Source: Macrostomum hystrix (taxonomy: Eukaryota > Animalia > Platyhelminthes). Taken from it: a DNA stretch of 64,000 nucleotides. The stretch lies in contig CATNEN010000024.1 of the NCBI GenBank assembly GCA_950097015.1, positions 6,510,001 to 6,574,000 of the forward strand, given 5' to 3'. A program made the translations under genes and the position numbers. Under the pieces are notes generated by a model. That model ran no database searches. It was not told where the DNA came from and saw only the letters and a program-made list of their open reading frames with translations. Positions within the stretch are counted from its first letter, which is position 1, and each line of letters starts with the position of its first letter. Of the stretch, positions 11,640 to 24,665 are shown in pieces.

Positions 11640-14600
11640 CTATCTTCTCTCGTCGGTTTCGTCTGTGTCGTTGTTGTCCAGCTCGATGGTGCCATAGCCG
11701 TTCAGTTTGGCATCGTCATCCTGTGGGCCTGCGCAGAATCGCTGCAGCAGCACGTTGATGATGAGGGCGGCCAACTTGATGAAGATCATTCCGGCCTGGA
11801 TGAGGAAGAACCAGCGGTAGTCGTTGCGCTCGGCGATCAGCGCTGTCAGCGCCGGCGAGATGGCCATGCCGACACCCATGCCAGCCAGGCTAAACGGGTA
11901 GGCGTAGTGGCCAGGCAGGGTCGTGAGCTCCTCGCCAGCCGGGAACAGGAATGTGATGCTGGGGCCCATGGTGAAGCCGGTTAGGAAGGCCAGGAAGTTG
12001 CTGAGCATGCGGTGCCAGGCGAAGAATTCCCAAAGTACTAGCAGGCAGGCCATGATTGCAGTGCAGACGATGAGAATCCATTTCAGACGATTGTGCAGAA
12101 AGTTGCGCGTGAACGCCGTGATGATGGCGCCGATGGCGTACGTGCTGGCCTCTCCGGATGCGAACAGCAGAGTCAGGTGGGCCGCTTTGGACAGGCTGCT
12201 CTCGCGGCGGCGAACATAATCGGCCAGGTTCAGCAGCATGCCGTAGGTTACCACGCTGGTCATGACCCGGTCAACAAACCACAGGAACAGGTAGGGCGCG
12301 CGATGCCTGTCCACCTGCGGCCATAAAAAAGTCCATGAAAACCCTTTGAATCAAGATAGTCCAGAAAACCCCATAGAATCAAGACAGTCCATAAACACCC
12401 CGAGAATCAATACAGTCCAGAAACACCCTTAGAGTCAAGACAGTCCAGAAACACCCTTAGAATAAAGACAGTCCAGAAACACCCTTAGAATAAAGACAGT
12501 CCAGAAACACCCTTAGAATCAAGACAGTCCAGAAACACCCTTAGAATAAAGACAGTCCAGATACACCCCTAGAATCAAGACAGTCCAGAAACACCCTTAG
12601 AATCAAGACAGTCAATAAACGCCCTTAGAATCAAGACAGTCCAGAAACACCCTTAGAATAAAGACAGTCCAGATACACCCCTAGAATCAAGACAGTCCAG
12701 AAACACCCCTAGAATCAAGACAGTCAATAAACGCCCTTAGAATCAAGACAGTCCATAATCAGGCAGTACAGTACGCAGGCAATCTAGCCGGGTCTCACCT
12801 GTGCCACCGCGGACACGCAGCTCTTGTTGCTGACGTAGTCACCCAGGCCGGGCCTTTTGGCGAAGAAGATAACGCCGGACATGTTCACAAAGAAGTAGAT
12901 GGCTCCCAGCACTAAGAAGGCGTTTCTCCAATTGTACACCTCTATCAGGTTGGCGTACATTTGAACAAACACAATGGACGCAATGGATCCGCCGGACACG
13001 AGAGTTGTAGCCAGGATGTGGTACTTGTGCTGCTTGTCAAAGTACTCGTTAACAATTAGGCCAACCACGCTGAGAATGAACGAGCTGCCGATGCCATGGA
13101 ACACAGTGTGGGTCAGGAACAGCCAATGGGGATTCGGCACGTAGGCCGAGGTGACGCAGGCCAATAGGATGAAGACAGAACCGGCGAATTGAAAGATTCG
13201 AAATCTCCTAGCCGACATGAGAATGGCTGTGCTGCTCAATGTTGTTGTCATGTAGCCCAGGGCAGCGTAGCTGTCACCTGTGATAGTCATTAGCGGGGCT
13301 TCTTATAAACCGACTGTTCTCATAAACAGACTGTTCTCATAAACAGACTGTTCTCATAAACAGACTGTTCTCATAAACAGACTGTTCTCATAAACAGACT
13401 GTTCTCATAAACAGACTGTTCTCATAAACAGACTGTTCTCATAAACAGACTGTTCTCATAAACAGACTGTTCTCATAAACAGACTGTTCTCATAAACAGA
13501 CTGTTCTCATAAACAGACTGTTCTCATAAACAGACTGTTCTCATAAACAGACTGTTCTCATAAACAGACTGTTCTCATAAACAGACTGTTCTCATAAACA
13601 GACTGTTCTCATAAACAGACTGTTCTCATAAACAGACTGTTCTCATAAACAGACTGCTCTCATAAACAGACTGCTCTCATAAACAGACTGTTCTAATAAA
13701 TCTCGCATCAGGAATTTTGTAAGATTGCTTTTCAACTCCAGATAAATAGTGGCATGCGCTTCTACTCGTACTAGAGGAAAATTATTGGTATTTTTCTATT
13801 CCATATTAACTAGGTAAAAAATGCTAGGCAAAAATTGCTACGAGAATAAATCTTCGAAAATAAATAAATATTTAGATGCCCATTGCGATTTGAAAATACG
13901 TAATACGAGAAGCAAATTGAGCTGCTGTTAATTATAGATATAAAACTTGGCACAAGCAACACTGGCTGGTGGGTGCTTCCAGTGGCAGCAACACTAGAAA
14001 GATAGGCAGGGTTTTAACTAAATCTAGGAACTTCCTTGGTTAGAAGAGCAGCTGCCTTGATTTCGACTGATAATTTTCTAAACTTAGCCCCAAAGGTATA
14101 AATTTCACAGACCTCATAAGTATAACTACCCAAACCACACTCCCATGCAACCGCCACCCCATATCAGACATTTGAACAAACAGAATCAGACACAGTCCCG
14201 CACCTACCACCCCATATCAGACACAGTGCCTGCACCCGCCACAACATATCAGACACAGTCCCCGCACCCACCACCCCATATCAGACACAGTCCCGCACCC
14301 ACCACAACATATCAGACACAGTCCCCGCACCCACCACCCCATATCAGACACAGTCCCGCACCTACCACCCCATATAAGACACAGTGCCTGCACCCACCGC
14401 CCCATATCAGACACAGTGCCCGCACCCACCACCCCATATCAGAAACATTCCCCCGCACCCACCACCCCATATCAGACAGAGTGCCCGCACCCACCGCCCC
14501 ATATCAGACACAGTCCGCGCACCTACCACCCCATATCAGACAGTGCCCGCACCCACCACCCCACCAGCACTGACCAATCCAGTTGAGTTCGGCCAGAGAA

Positions 14601-15359
14601 ACGGTGTGGTTGAACTCCACATGCAGCTGAGCTACGAATACGCCGAACGCGCGCCGTTTGCCGCCCAGGAAGATGACGTTAGTGGCAGCGCAGGCCAGAA
14701 CCAGCCAAGCCCAGAACGGGCGGACGTAGACGCCACTGCTTCTAGAAGGGAATCGCCGTTTTAACAAATTAAGCTGTGTCGAGTTGTAAGCTAACATTGA
14801 AAAACTCTAGATATATAATAATTTTTAATAATAATAATTGATTACACCTGCCCCAATCAGATCAGATGTACAGCCGACAGCACAGCCGCAGCTATTGCGC
14901 TGCGCATCTAAAGGCTGCGTACAGCTGTTCAGTCCATGGACTGGGGGGACGCCACACCCACCCTCAGTTACCCCAGCTAATGCTGGTACCCATATTACAG
15001 CTGGGTGAACTGAAGCAATGCAGAGTTAAGTGTCTTGCTAAAGGCCAAAAATTGTTCCAGTGGAGTCGGGAATCGAACCCCCGACCTTAAAGTCGTGAGT
15101 GCGACACTCTAACCACAAGGCTACAACCTCCTCGATATTTCTAGACATTTCAAGACCTTTCTACACGTTTAAAGTCTTGTTTACAGCTGTGTGAACTAAA
15201 AAATTTGTAATTGTATTTCCAAGGAATCACACTTGTGCATAGAATCAAAATCAGGTAGTTGCTAAGCAGATGTTTTACTCACTCGAACAGTCCCTGGCGT
15301 TCTCCCTTGGACTCGTCCGCTTCTGTCTTCTTCTCCTGCTTCTCCTCTGCCTGGGACAT
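11640..15359 (-). CDS. MFS monocarboxylate transporter (SLC16/MCT family), 465 aa
   Basis: complement(join(11640..12314,12799..13277,14575..14741,15283..15359)) = 1398 nt, phases 2/1/0 consistent. WAWLVLAC..FGVF..SLAELNWIG|DS, GIGSSF..NEYFDK and WRNAF motifs, with multiple TM helices. Confidence 0.85.
12335..12756. repeat. 28-bp minisatellite CCAGAAACACCCTTAGAATCAAGACAGT in MCT intron 3
   Basis: About 15 copies. Confidence 0.93.
13311..13697. repeat. 17-bp minisatellite GACTGTTCTCATAAACA in MCT intron 2
   Basis: About 22 near-perfect copies. Confidence 0.95.
14150..14560. repeat. ~31-bp minisatellite ACCACCCCATATCAGACACAGTCCCGCACCC in MCT intron 2
   Basis: About 13 copies abutting the donor at 14574. 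Confidence 0.9.
14822..15132 (-). mobile_element. tRNA-derived CORE-type SINE, apparently full length
   Basis: Minus-strand head has an A box (TAGCCTTGTGG) and a B box (GGTTCGATTCC). The segment read on + as CCCATATTACAGCTGGGTGAACTGAAGCAATGCAGAGTTAAGTGTCTTGC resembles the MIR/CORE domain. (TTA)n tail. Related copies elsewhere in the window. Confidence 0.8.
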
Positions 15360-16139
15360 TGCTCTAACACTGCGTTTATTTTACTGTTCTTTACCGCCAA
15401 GGGTGATTAAACTTCTATCTTTAAAAGGGATCTTTAGCTAACACAAATCAATATTTGGAGTTAGTTAATGAAGTTTAAATTATAGAAAAAAGCAATCACT
15501 AAACTTGGTTTTATTTTTCGTCCTACTTAAAACCAAAGGTATAATTTGAGCACTGCTCAATGGTAAGTAGGGTGGGTGGGCTGGATAGATTTGGACAACA
15601 CGCTCAGCTTCGGGCACGTGTTCATATGTCGGAAAAGTTAGGCTATTTGTGCGAGCTACGCCTCAAAAACCTCAACCCCTCCCCCTGCCTCACCTGGGGT
15701 ACGCTGCTGTACATGCGCATATCTCAGGCTGAGAGTATAGAGTAATTGTATGTACATACCCTAGCACTGAGCCAAATGTAAAGAGGAGAGAGAGAGTTGA
15801 GTGGTAGCTGAGGTGTCTGTGCTAGTGTGTTTCCGTATTTCAGCATTCTTAAAGCATTCTTTGCCATTAGAGAGTTTAATAATATAATATCATTGTGCTA
15901 TTGTACAAAGATAGACCGTACATTTATTATTGATGGCTCATTGTGTCTCCCTCACCCTCTAGCTATTTTTTTCTCTTCTTAAGTTGTTATTTTTTTGTTT
16001 TAAATGCAAGGCAAAGTTGAAGAAGTTAAAGAGTTTTATCTAACATATGAAATGCAAAAAAATAAAACAAATATAATACTTCTTCGCCTATCTCCAGGAG
16101 TTTGCAAATGAGGACCAGTTCCTGGACAGTTAGGCGACA

Positions 16140-17035
16140 TTGAGACAGGAAAGGAGTCAAGGAGAGGGAGTCAGGGAGAGGAGTCAGGGAGAGGAGACAG
16201 GGAGAGGAGACAGGGAGAGGAGACAGGGAGAGGAGACAGGGAGAGGAGACAGGGAGAGGAGACAGGGAGAGGAGACAGGGAGAGGGAGACAGGGAGAGGA
16301 GACAGGGAGAGGAGACAGGGAGAGGAGACAGGGAGAGGAGACAGGGAGAGGAGACAGGGAGAGGAGACAGGGAGAGGGAGACAGGGAGAGGAGACAGGGA
16401 GAGGGAGTCAGAGAAAGGGAGTCAGGGAGAGGGAGTCAGAGAGAGGGAGTCAGGGAGAGGGAGTCAGGGAGAGGAGACAGGGAGAGGGAGTCAGGGAGAG
16501 GGAGTCAGGGAGAGGGAGTCGGGGAGAGGGAGTCAGGGAGAGGAGACAGGGAGAGGAGCCTGGGAGAGGAGTCAGGGAGAGGAGACAGGGAGAGGGAGTC
16601 AGGGAGAGGGAGTCAGGGAGAGGAGACAGGGAGAGGAGACAGGGAGAGGGAGTCAGAGAGAGGAGACAGGGAGAGGAGACAGGGAGAGGAGACAGGGAGA
16701 GGGAGTCAGGGAGAGGAGACAGGGAGAGGAGACAGGGAGAGGAGACAGGGAGAGGGAGTCAGGGAGAGGGAGTCAGGGAGAGGAGTCAGGGAGAGGAGAC
16801 AGGGAGAGGGAGTCAGGGAGAGGGAGTCAGGGAGAGGAGACAGGGAGAGGAGACAGGGAGAGGGAGTCAGGGAGAGGAGACAGGGAGAGGAGACAGGGAG
16901 AGGAGACAGGGAGAGGGAGTCAGGGAGAGGGAGTCAGGGAGAGGAGACAGGGAGAGGAGACAGGGAGAGGGAGTCAGGGAGAGGGAGTCAGGGAGAGGGA
17001 GACAGGGAGAGGAGACAGGGAGAGGGAGAGAGACA
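16140..17035. repeat. Purine-rich GGGAGAGGAGACA / GGGAGAGGGAGTCA repeat
   Basis: Tandem 12-14 bp GA-rich units. Confidence 0.95.
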
Positions 17036-17590
17036 CAGAGGGAGATTACGCAGAAGAAGAGGCAGTGAAAAGTAATTAAAATGCGAAATAAAAACGCGCA
17101 AAGGAACACAAGTGCACGGGCGTGTCTCGATGCCGCGGGGAAAATATCCCTACACACGTATATTTTCAATTGATTCTCCACTGACAGAATTCCGCGAAAT
17201 CGTATTATTCGTCGTTCAATCTGACCGGGCCCCTCATTCATTTAGGTTGTGATTGGCTTGAGTTCTGGCCAACACGTTCGCTCTGGCCTGCCACTGACAG
17301 ACTCAGTCGAAGGTTGAGCTCAGTCCAGAATTCTATGAAATCGAATCACAACAGCCTAAGTGAATGAGGGGACTTAAGGAGCTCTGGCCTATGGTCAGAT
17401 CGTTCCAAATTTCAGTTTTTCAAAACTCAAACTTCCTGTACATAAGTGGCTTTGAGAGCTGCTGCGGTGAGTTTGAGATGTGTGAGCAAGTCTGAGAGCA
17501 CATTCTCCTATTTAGCTGAGCTGAAGTATTGTCAGACATAAAGGATAAAAATATTTTGCAGAAAATGAGAGAGAGAAAATATTTGAGGGA

Positions 17591-20500
17591 ATCATTGTTG
17601 ATGTCACAGTGAGAGTCATTGTTGATGTCACAGTGAGAGTCATTGTTGATGTCACAGTGGAGTCATTGTTGATGTCACAGTGGAGTCATTGTTGATGTCA
17701 CAGTGGAGTCATTGTTGATGTCACAGTGGAGTCATTGTTGATGTCACAGTGAGAGTCATTGTTGATGTCACAGTGAGAGTCATTGTTGATGTCACAGTGA
17801 GAGTCATTGTTGATGTCACAGTGGAGTCATTGTTGATGTCACAGTGGAGTCATTGTTGATGTCACAGTGGAGTCATTGTTGATGTCACAGTGGAGTCATT
17901 GTTGATGTCACAGTGAGAGTCATTGTTGATGTCACAGTGAGAGTCATTGTTGATGTCACAGTGAGAGTCATTGTTGATGTCACAGTGGAGTCATTGTTGA
18001 TGTCACAGTGAGAGTCATTGTTGATGTCACAGTGAGAGTCATTGTTGATGTCACAGTGGAGTCATTGTTGATGTCACAGTGAGAGTCATTGTTGATGTCA
18101 CAGTGGAGTCATTGTTGATGTCACAGTGGAGTCATTGTTGATGTCACAGTGGAGTCATTGTTGATGTCACAGTGAGAGTCATTGTTGATGTCACAGTGGA
18201 GTAATTGTTGATGTCACAGTTAGAGTCATTGTTGATGTCACAGTGGAGTCATTGTTGATGTCACAGTGAGAGTCATTGTTGATGTCACAGTGAGAGTCAT
18301 TGTTGATGTCACAGTGGAGTCATTGTTGATGTCACAGTGAGAGTCATTGTTGATGTCACAGTGGAGTCATTGTTGATGTCACAGTGAGAGTCATTGTTGA
18401 TGTCACAGTGAGAGTCATTGTTGATGTCACAGTGGAGTCATTGTTGATGTCACAGTGAGAGTCATTGTTGATGTCACAGTGGAGTAATTGTTGATGTCAC
18501 AGTTAGAGTCATTGTTGATGTCACAGTGGAGTCATTGTTGATGTCACAGTGAGAGTCATTGTTGATGTCACAGTGAGAGTCATTGTTGATGTCACAGTGG
18601 AGTCATTGTTGATGTCACAGTGAGAGTCATTGTTGATGTCACAGTGGAGTCATTGTTGATGTCACAGTGAGAGTCATTGTTGATGTCACAGTGAGAGTCA
18701 TTGTTGATGTCACAGTGGAGTCATTGTTGATGTCACAGTGGAGTCATTGTTGATGTCACAGTGAGAGTCATTGTTGATGTCACGGTGGAGTCATTGTTGA
18801 TGTCACAGTGAGAGTCATTGTTGATGTCACAGTGAGAGTCATTGTTGATGTCACAGTGGAGTCATTGTTGATGTCACAGTGGAGTCATTGTTGATGTCAC
18901 AGTGAGAGTCATTGTTGATGTCACAGTGAGAGTCATTGTTGATGTCACAATGAGAGTCATTGTTGATGTCACAGTGAGAGTCATTGTTGATGTCACAGTT
19001 AGAGTCATTGTTGATGTCACAGTGGAGTCATTGTTGATGTCACAGTGAGAGTCATTGTTGATGTCACAGTGAGAGTCATTGTTGATGTCACAGTGAGAGT
19101 CATTGTTGATGTCACAGTGGAGTCATTGTTGATGTCACAGTGAGAGTCATTGTTGATGTCACAGTGAGAGTCATTGTTGATGTCACAGTGAGAGTCATTG
19201 TTGATGTCACAGTGAGAGTCATTGTTGATGTCACAGTGAGAGTCATTGTTGATGTCACAGTGGATCCTTGTTGATGTCACAGTGAGAGTCATTGTTGATG
19301 TCACAGTGAGAGTCATTGTTGATGTCACAGTGAGAGTCATTGTTGATGTCACAGTGGAGTCATTGTTGATGTCACAGTGGAGTCATTGTTGATGTCACAG
19401 TGGAGTCATTGTTGATGTCACAGTGGAGTCATTGTTGATGTCACAGTGAGAGTCATTGTTGATGTCACAGTGGAGTCATTGTTGATGTCACAGTTAGAGT
19501 CATTGTTGATGTCACAGTGGAGTCATTGTTGATGTCACAGTGGAGTCATTGTTGATGTCACAGTGAGAGTCATTGTTGATGTCACAGTGGAGTCATTGTT
19601 GATGTCACAGTGGAGTCATTGTTGATGTCACAGTGAGAGTCATTGTTGATGTCACAGTGAGAGTCATTGTTGATGTCACAGTGGAGTCATTGTTGATGTC
19701 ACAGTGAGAGTCATTGTTGATGTCACAGTGAGAGTCATTGTTGGTGTCACAGTTAGAGTCATTGTTGATGTCACAGTGGAGTCATTGTTGATGTCACAGT
19801 GAGAGTCATTGTTGATGTCACAGTGAGAGTCATTGTTGATGTCACAGTGGAGTCATTGTTGATGTCACAGTGAGAGTCATTGTTGATGTCACAGTGAGAG
19901 TCATTGTTGATGTCACAGTGAGAGTCATTGTTGATGTCACAGTGGAGTCATTGTTGATGTCACAGTGGAGTCATTGTTGATGTCACAGTGAGAGTCATTG
20001 TTGATGTCACAGTGGAGTCATTGTTGATGTCACAGTGAGAGTCATTGTTGATGTCACAGTGAGAGTCATTGTTGATGTCACAGTGAGAGTCATTGTTGAT
20101 GTCACAGTGGAGTCATTGTTGATGTCACAGTGAGAGTCATTGTTGATGTCACAGTGGAGTCATTGTTGATGTCACAGTGAGAGTCATTGTTGATGTCACA
20201 GTGAGAGTCATTGTTGATGTCACAAGTGAGAGTCATTGTTGATGTCACAGTGGAGTCATTGTTGATGTCACAGTGGAGTCATTGTTGATGTCACAGTGAG
20301 AGTCATTGTTGATGTCACAAGTGAGAGTCATTGTTGATGTCACAGTGAGAGTCATTGTTGATGTCACAGTGAGAGTCATTGTTGATGTCACAGTGAGAGT
20401 CATTGTTGATGTCACAGTGAGAGTCATTGTTGATGTCACAGTGAGAGTCATTGTTGATGTCACAGTGAGAGTCATTGTTGATGTCACAGTGAGAGTCATT

Positions 20501-22655
20501 GTTGATGTCACAGTGAGAGTCATTGTTGATGTCACAGTGAGAGTCATTGTTGATGTCACAGTGAGAGTCATTGTTGATGTCACAGTGAGAGTCATTGTTG
20601 ATGTCACAGTGAGAGTCATTGTTGATGTCACAGTGGAGTCATTGTTGATGTCACAGTGAGAGTCATTGTTGATGTCACAGTGAGAGTCATTGTTGATGTC
20701 ACAGTGAGAGTCATTGTTGATGTCACAGTGGAGTCATTGTTGATGTCACAGTGGAGTCATTGTTGATGTCACAGTGAGAGTCATTGTTGATGTCACAGTG
20801 AGAGTCATTGTTGATGTCACAGTGAGAGTCATTGTTGATGTCACAGTGAGAGTCATTGTTGATGTCACAGTGAGAGTCATTGTTGATGTCACAGTGAGAG
20901 TCATTGTTGATGTCACAGTGAGAGTCATTGTTGATGTCACAGTGAGAGTCATTGTTGATGTCACAGTGAGAGTCATTGTTGATGTCACAGTGAAGTCCAT
21001 TGTTGATGTCACAGTGAGAGTCATTGTTGATGTCACAGTGAGAGTCATTGTTGATGTCACAGTGAGAGTCATTGTTGATGTCACAGTGAGAGTCATTGTT
21101 GATGTCACAGTGAGAGTCATTGTTGATGTCCACAGTGAGAGTCATTGTTGATGTCACAGTGAGAGTCATTGTTGATGTCACAGTGAGAGTCATTGTTGAT
21201 GTCACAGTGAGAGTCATTGTTGATGTCACAGTGAGAGTCATTGTGATGTCACAGTGAGAGTCATTGTTGATGTCACAGTGAGAGTCATTGTTGATGTCAC
21301 AGTGAGAGTCATTGTTGATGTCACAGTGAGAGTCATTTGTTGATGTCACAGTGAGAGTCATTGTTGATGTCACAGTGGAGTCATTGTTGATGTCACAGTG
21401 GAGTCATTGTTGATGTCACAGTGAGAGTCATTGTTGATGTCACAGTGAGAGTCATTGTTGATGTCACAGTGGAGTCATTGTTGATGTCACAGTGAGAGTC
21501 ATTGTTGATGTCACAGTGAGAGTCATTGTTGATGTCACAGTGAGAGTCATTGTTGATGTCACAGTGAGAGTCATTGTTGATGTCACAGTGAGAGTCATTG
21601 TTGATGTCACAGTGGAGTCATTGTTGATGTCACAGTGGAGTCATTGTTGATGTCACAGTGGAGTCATTGTTGATGTCACAGTGAGAGTCATTGTTGATGT
21701 CACAGTGAGAGTCATTGTTGATGTCACAGTGGAGTCATTGTTGATGTCACAGTGAGAGTCATTGTTGATGTCACAGTGGAGTCATTGTTGATGTCACAGT
21801 GAGAGTCATTGTTGATGTCACAGTGAGAGTCATTGTTGATGTCACAGTGAGTCATTGTTGATGTCACAGTGAGAGTCATTGTTGATGTCACAGTGAGAGT
21901 CATTGTTGATGTCACAGTGAGAGTCATTGTTGATGTCACAGTGAGAGTCATTGTTGATGTCACAGTGGAGTCATTGTTGATGTCACAGTGAGAGTCATTG
22001 TTTGATGTCACAGTGGAGTCCATTGTTGATGTCACAGTGGAGTCATTGTTGATGTCACAGTGAGAGTCATTGTTGATGTCACAGTGAGAGTCATTGTTGA
22101 TGTCACAGTGAGAGTCATTGTTGATGTCACAGTGGAGTCATTGTTGATGTCACAGTGGAGTCATTGTTGATGTCACAGTGAGAGTCATTGTTGATGTCAC
22201 AGTGAGAGTCATTGTTGATGTCACAGTGAGAGTCATTGTTGATGTCACAATGAGAGTCATTGTTGATGTCACAGTGAGAGTCATTGTTGATGTCACAGTG
22301 AGAGTCATTGTTGATGTCACAGTGAGAGTCATTGTTGATGTCACAGTGGAGTCATTGTTGATGTCACAGTGAGAGTCATTGTTGATGTCACAGTGGAGTC
22401 ATTGTGGATGTCACAGTGAGAGTCATTGTGGATGTCACAGTGAGAGTCATTGTTGATGTCACAGTGAGAGTCATTGTTGATGTCACAGTGAGAGTCATTG
22501 TTGATGTCACAGTGAGAGTCATTGTTGATGTCACAGTGGAGTCATTGTTGATGTCACAGTGGAGTCATTGTTGATGTCACAGTGAGAGTCATTGTTGATG
22601 TCACAGTGGAGTCATTGTTGATGTCACAGTGAGAGTCATTGTTGATGTCACAGTG
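17591..22655. repeat. 5-kb minisatellite of interspersed 24-bp (GTCATTGTTGATGTCACAGTGAGA) and 23-bp (...CAGTGGA) units
   Basis: About 215 copies with two dominant variants. Confidence 0.98.
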
Positions 22656-23021
22656 ATTTGAGCTTACCAGCAGGTCCTAAAAGCAGAATTGATGCCGGCA
22701 TATTCTCGCCAGTGGATGCTGAAACAATTTCTCAGCACTGCAATCTGACTTGATCATTGTAAGACAGTGATGGCACGATGGCCGCACTGGTGAGGGGATT
22801 TTTTAGGATGCAGTGGGGGATTTTAAGCATGCTCCCATCGATAACCGGCCTCCTCGTCTCTCATTGGTCAACTTCCGCCTGAAATCTCGTTCATCTCTCC
22901 AACACATTTTGGACGAAAAATCTTCCTAGCGCTCCACTTGGCTCATCAGCACTCTCATCGTCACACTACTTGTCACACTAGTTATTATACAGTCTATTAA
23001 CTAACTTTTCATCACTGGATG

Positions 23022-23797
23022 GTCACTCTTCTGTTCACTCCTGCTGTCACTCTTCTGTTCACTCCTGCTGTCACTCTTCTGTTCACTCCTATCGTCACTC
23101 TTCTCTTCACTCCTATCGTCACGCTTCTGTTCACTCCTACTGTCACTCTTCTGTTCACTCCTATCGTCACTCTTCTGTTCACTCCTATCATCACTCTTCT
23201 GTTCACTCCTATCGTCACTCTTCTGTTCACTCCTATCGTCACTCTTCTGTTCACTCCTATCGTCCCTCTTCTGTTCACTCCTATCGTCACTCTTCTGTTC
23301 ACTCCTATCGTCACTCTTCTGTTCACTCCTATCGTCACTCTTCTGTTCACTCCTATCGTCACTCTTCTGTTCACTCCTATCGTCACTCTTCTGTTCACTC
23401 CTATCGTCACTCTTCTGTTCACTCCTATCGTCACTCTTCTGTTCACTCCTATCGTCACTCTTCTGTTCACTCCTATCGTCACTCTTCTGTTCACTCCTAT
23501 CGTCACTCTTCTGTTCACTCCTATCGTCACTCTTCTGTTCACTCCTATCGTCACTCTTCTGTTCACTCCTATCGTCACTCTTCTGTTCACTCCTATCGTC
23601 ACTCTTCTGTTCACTCCTATCGTCACTCTTCTGTTCACTCCTATCGTCACTCTTCTGTTCACTCCTATCGTCACTCTTCTGTTCACTCCTATCGTCACTC
23701 TTCTGTTCACTCCTATCGTCACTCTTCTGTTCACTCCTATCGTCACTCTTCTGTTCACTCCTATCGTCACTATTCTGTTCACTCCTACTGTCACTAT
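23022..23797. repeat. 24-bp minisatellite TCACTCTTCTGTTCACTCCTATCG
   Basis: About 32 copies, with variants at the edges and a homogeneous centre. Confidence 0.97.
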
Positions 23798-24127
23798 TCA
23801 CTATTCGCTTGACTCGTGCTGCTTTTGTCTCTTGAATGCCTATTCTTTTTCTTGCACGCTCCTAGCCAGCGGTAGACGGGTTGTTACGGGTTACTATCAG
23901 TCAATCAGCAGTGTAAGATGATTGGAGGATCCAGATCTGAGTTTGGCTGGCCCTGCGACAATGACAGAAAAAATTGACTCAAAATTCCTTTGTTGAAACT
24001 GCTTGGCTTTTTGTCCCAAATAAGGCCAAAATTCCAAGAAAGACAACGATTCAAAAGAAAAGAAATTAAAAAATTTAAAAGCAATCCCGTTTGATCTCAA
24101 GGGAGAATTGAATAGGATCTAATATGT

Positions 24128-24665
24128 TTGAGATGCAATCTGGATGGCTGAGATGAGATCTCGATGGTTGAGATGAGATCTGGATGTTTGAGATGAAATC
24201 ACAATGGTTGAGATGAGATCTGGATGTTTGAGATGAGATCTAGGTGGTTGAGATGAAATCACGATGGTTGAGATGAGATCTGGATGTTTGAGATGAGATC
24301 TAGGTGGTTGAGATGAAATCACGATGGTTGAGATGAGATCTAGGTGGTTGAGATGAAATCTAGGTGGTTGAGATGAGATCTAGGTGGTTGAGATGAAATC
24401 ACGATGGTTGAGATGAGATCTAGGTTGTTGAGATGAGATCTAGGTGGTTGAGATGAGATCTAGGTGGTTGAGATGAGATCTAGGTGGTTGAGATGAAATC
24501 ACGATGGTTGAGATGAGATCTAGGTGGTTGAGATGAGATCTAGGTGGTTGAGATGAGATCTAGGTGGTTGAGATGAGATCTAGGTGGTTGAGATGAGATC
24601 TAGGTGGTTGAGATGAGATCTAGGTGGTTGAGATGAGATCTAGGTGGTTGATATGAGATCTGGAT
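24128..24665. repeat. 20-bp minisatellite GATGAGATCTAGGTGGTTGA
   Basis: About 27 copies. Confidence 0.95.

Noticed and set aside
15060-15132. tRNA gene
   Set aside because: The anticodon stem does not pair, and the sequence continues into a CORE domain and tail, so it is a SINE head.
16140-17075. 311-aa R/G/E-rich ORF
   Set aside because: It starts at TTG and is a translation of the GA-rich repeat, with no coding signature.
17591-24665. Long ORFs such as (TMTLTVTS)n, (RSEQKSDD)n and (IVTLLFTP)n
   Set aside because: They are translations of 3n-length tandem units, open in several frames and strands, with no splice context or domain.
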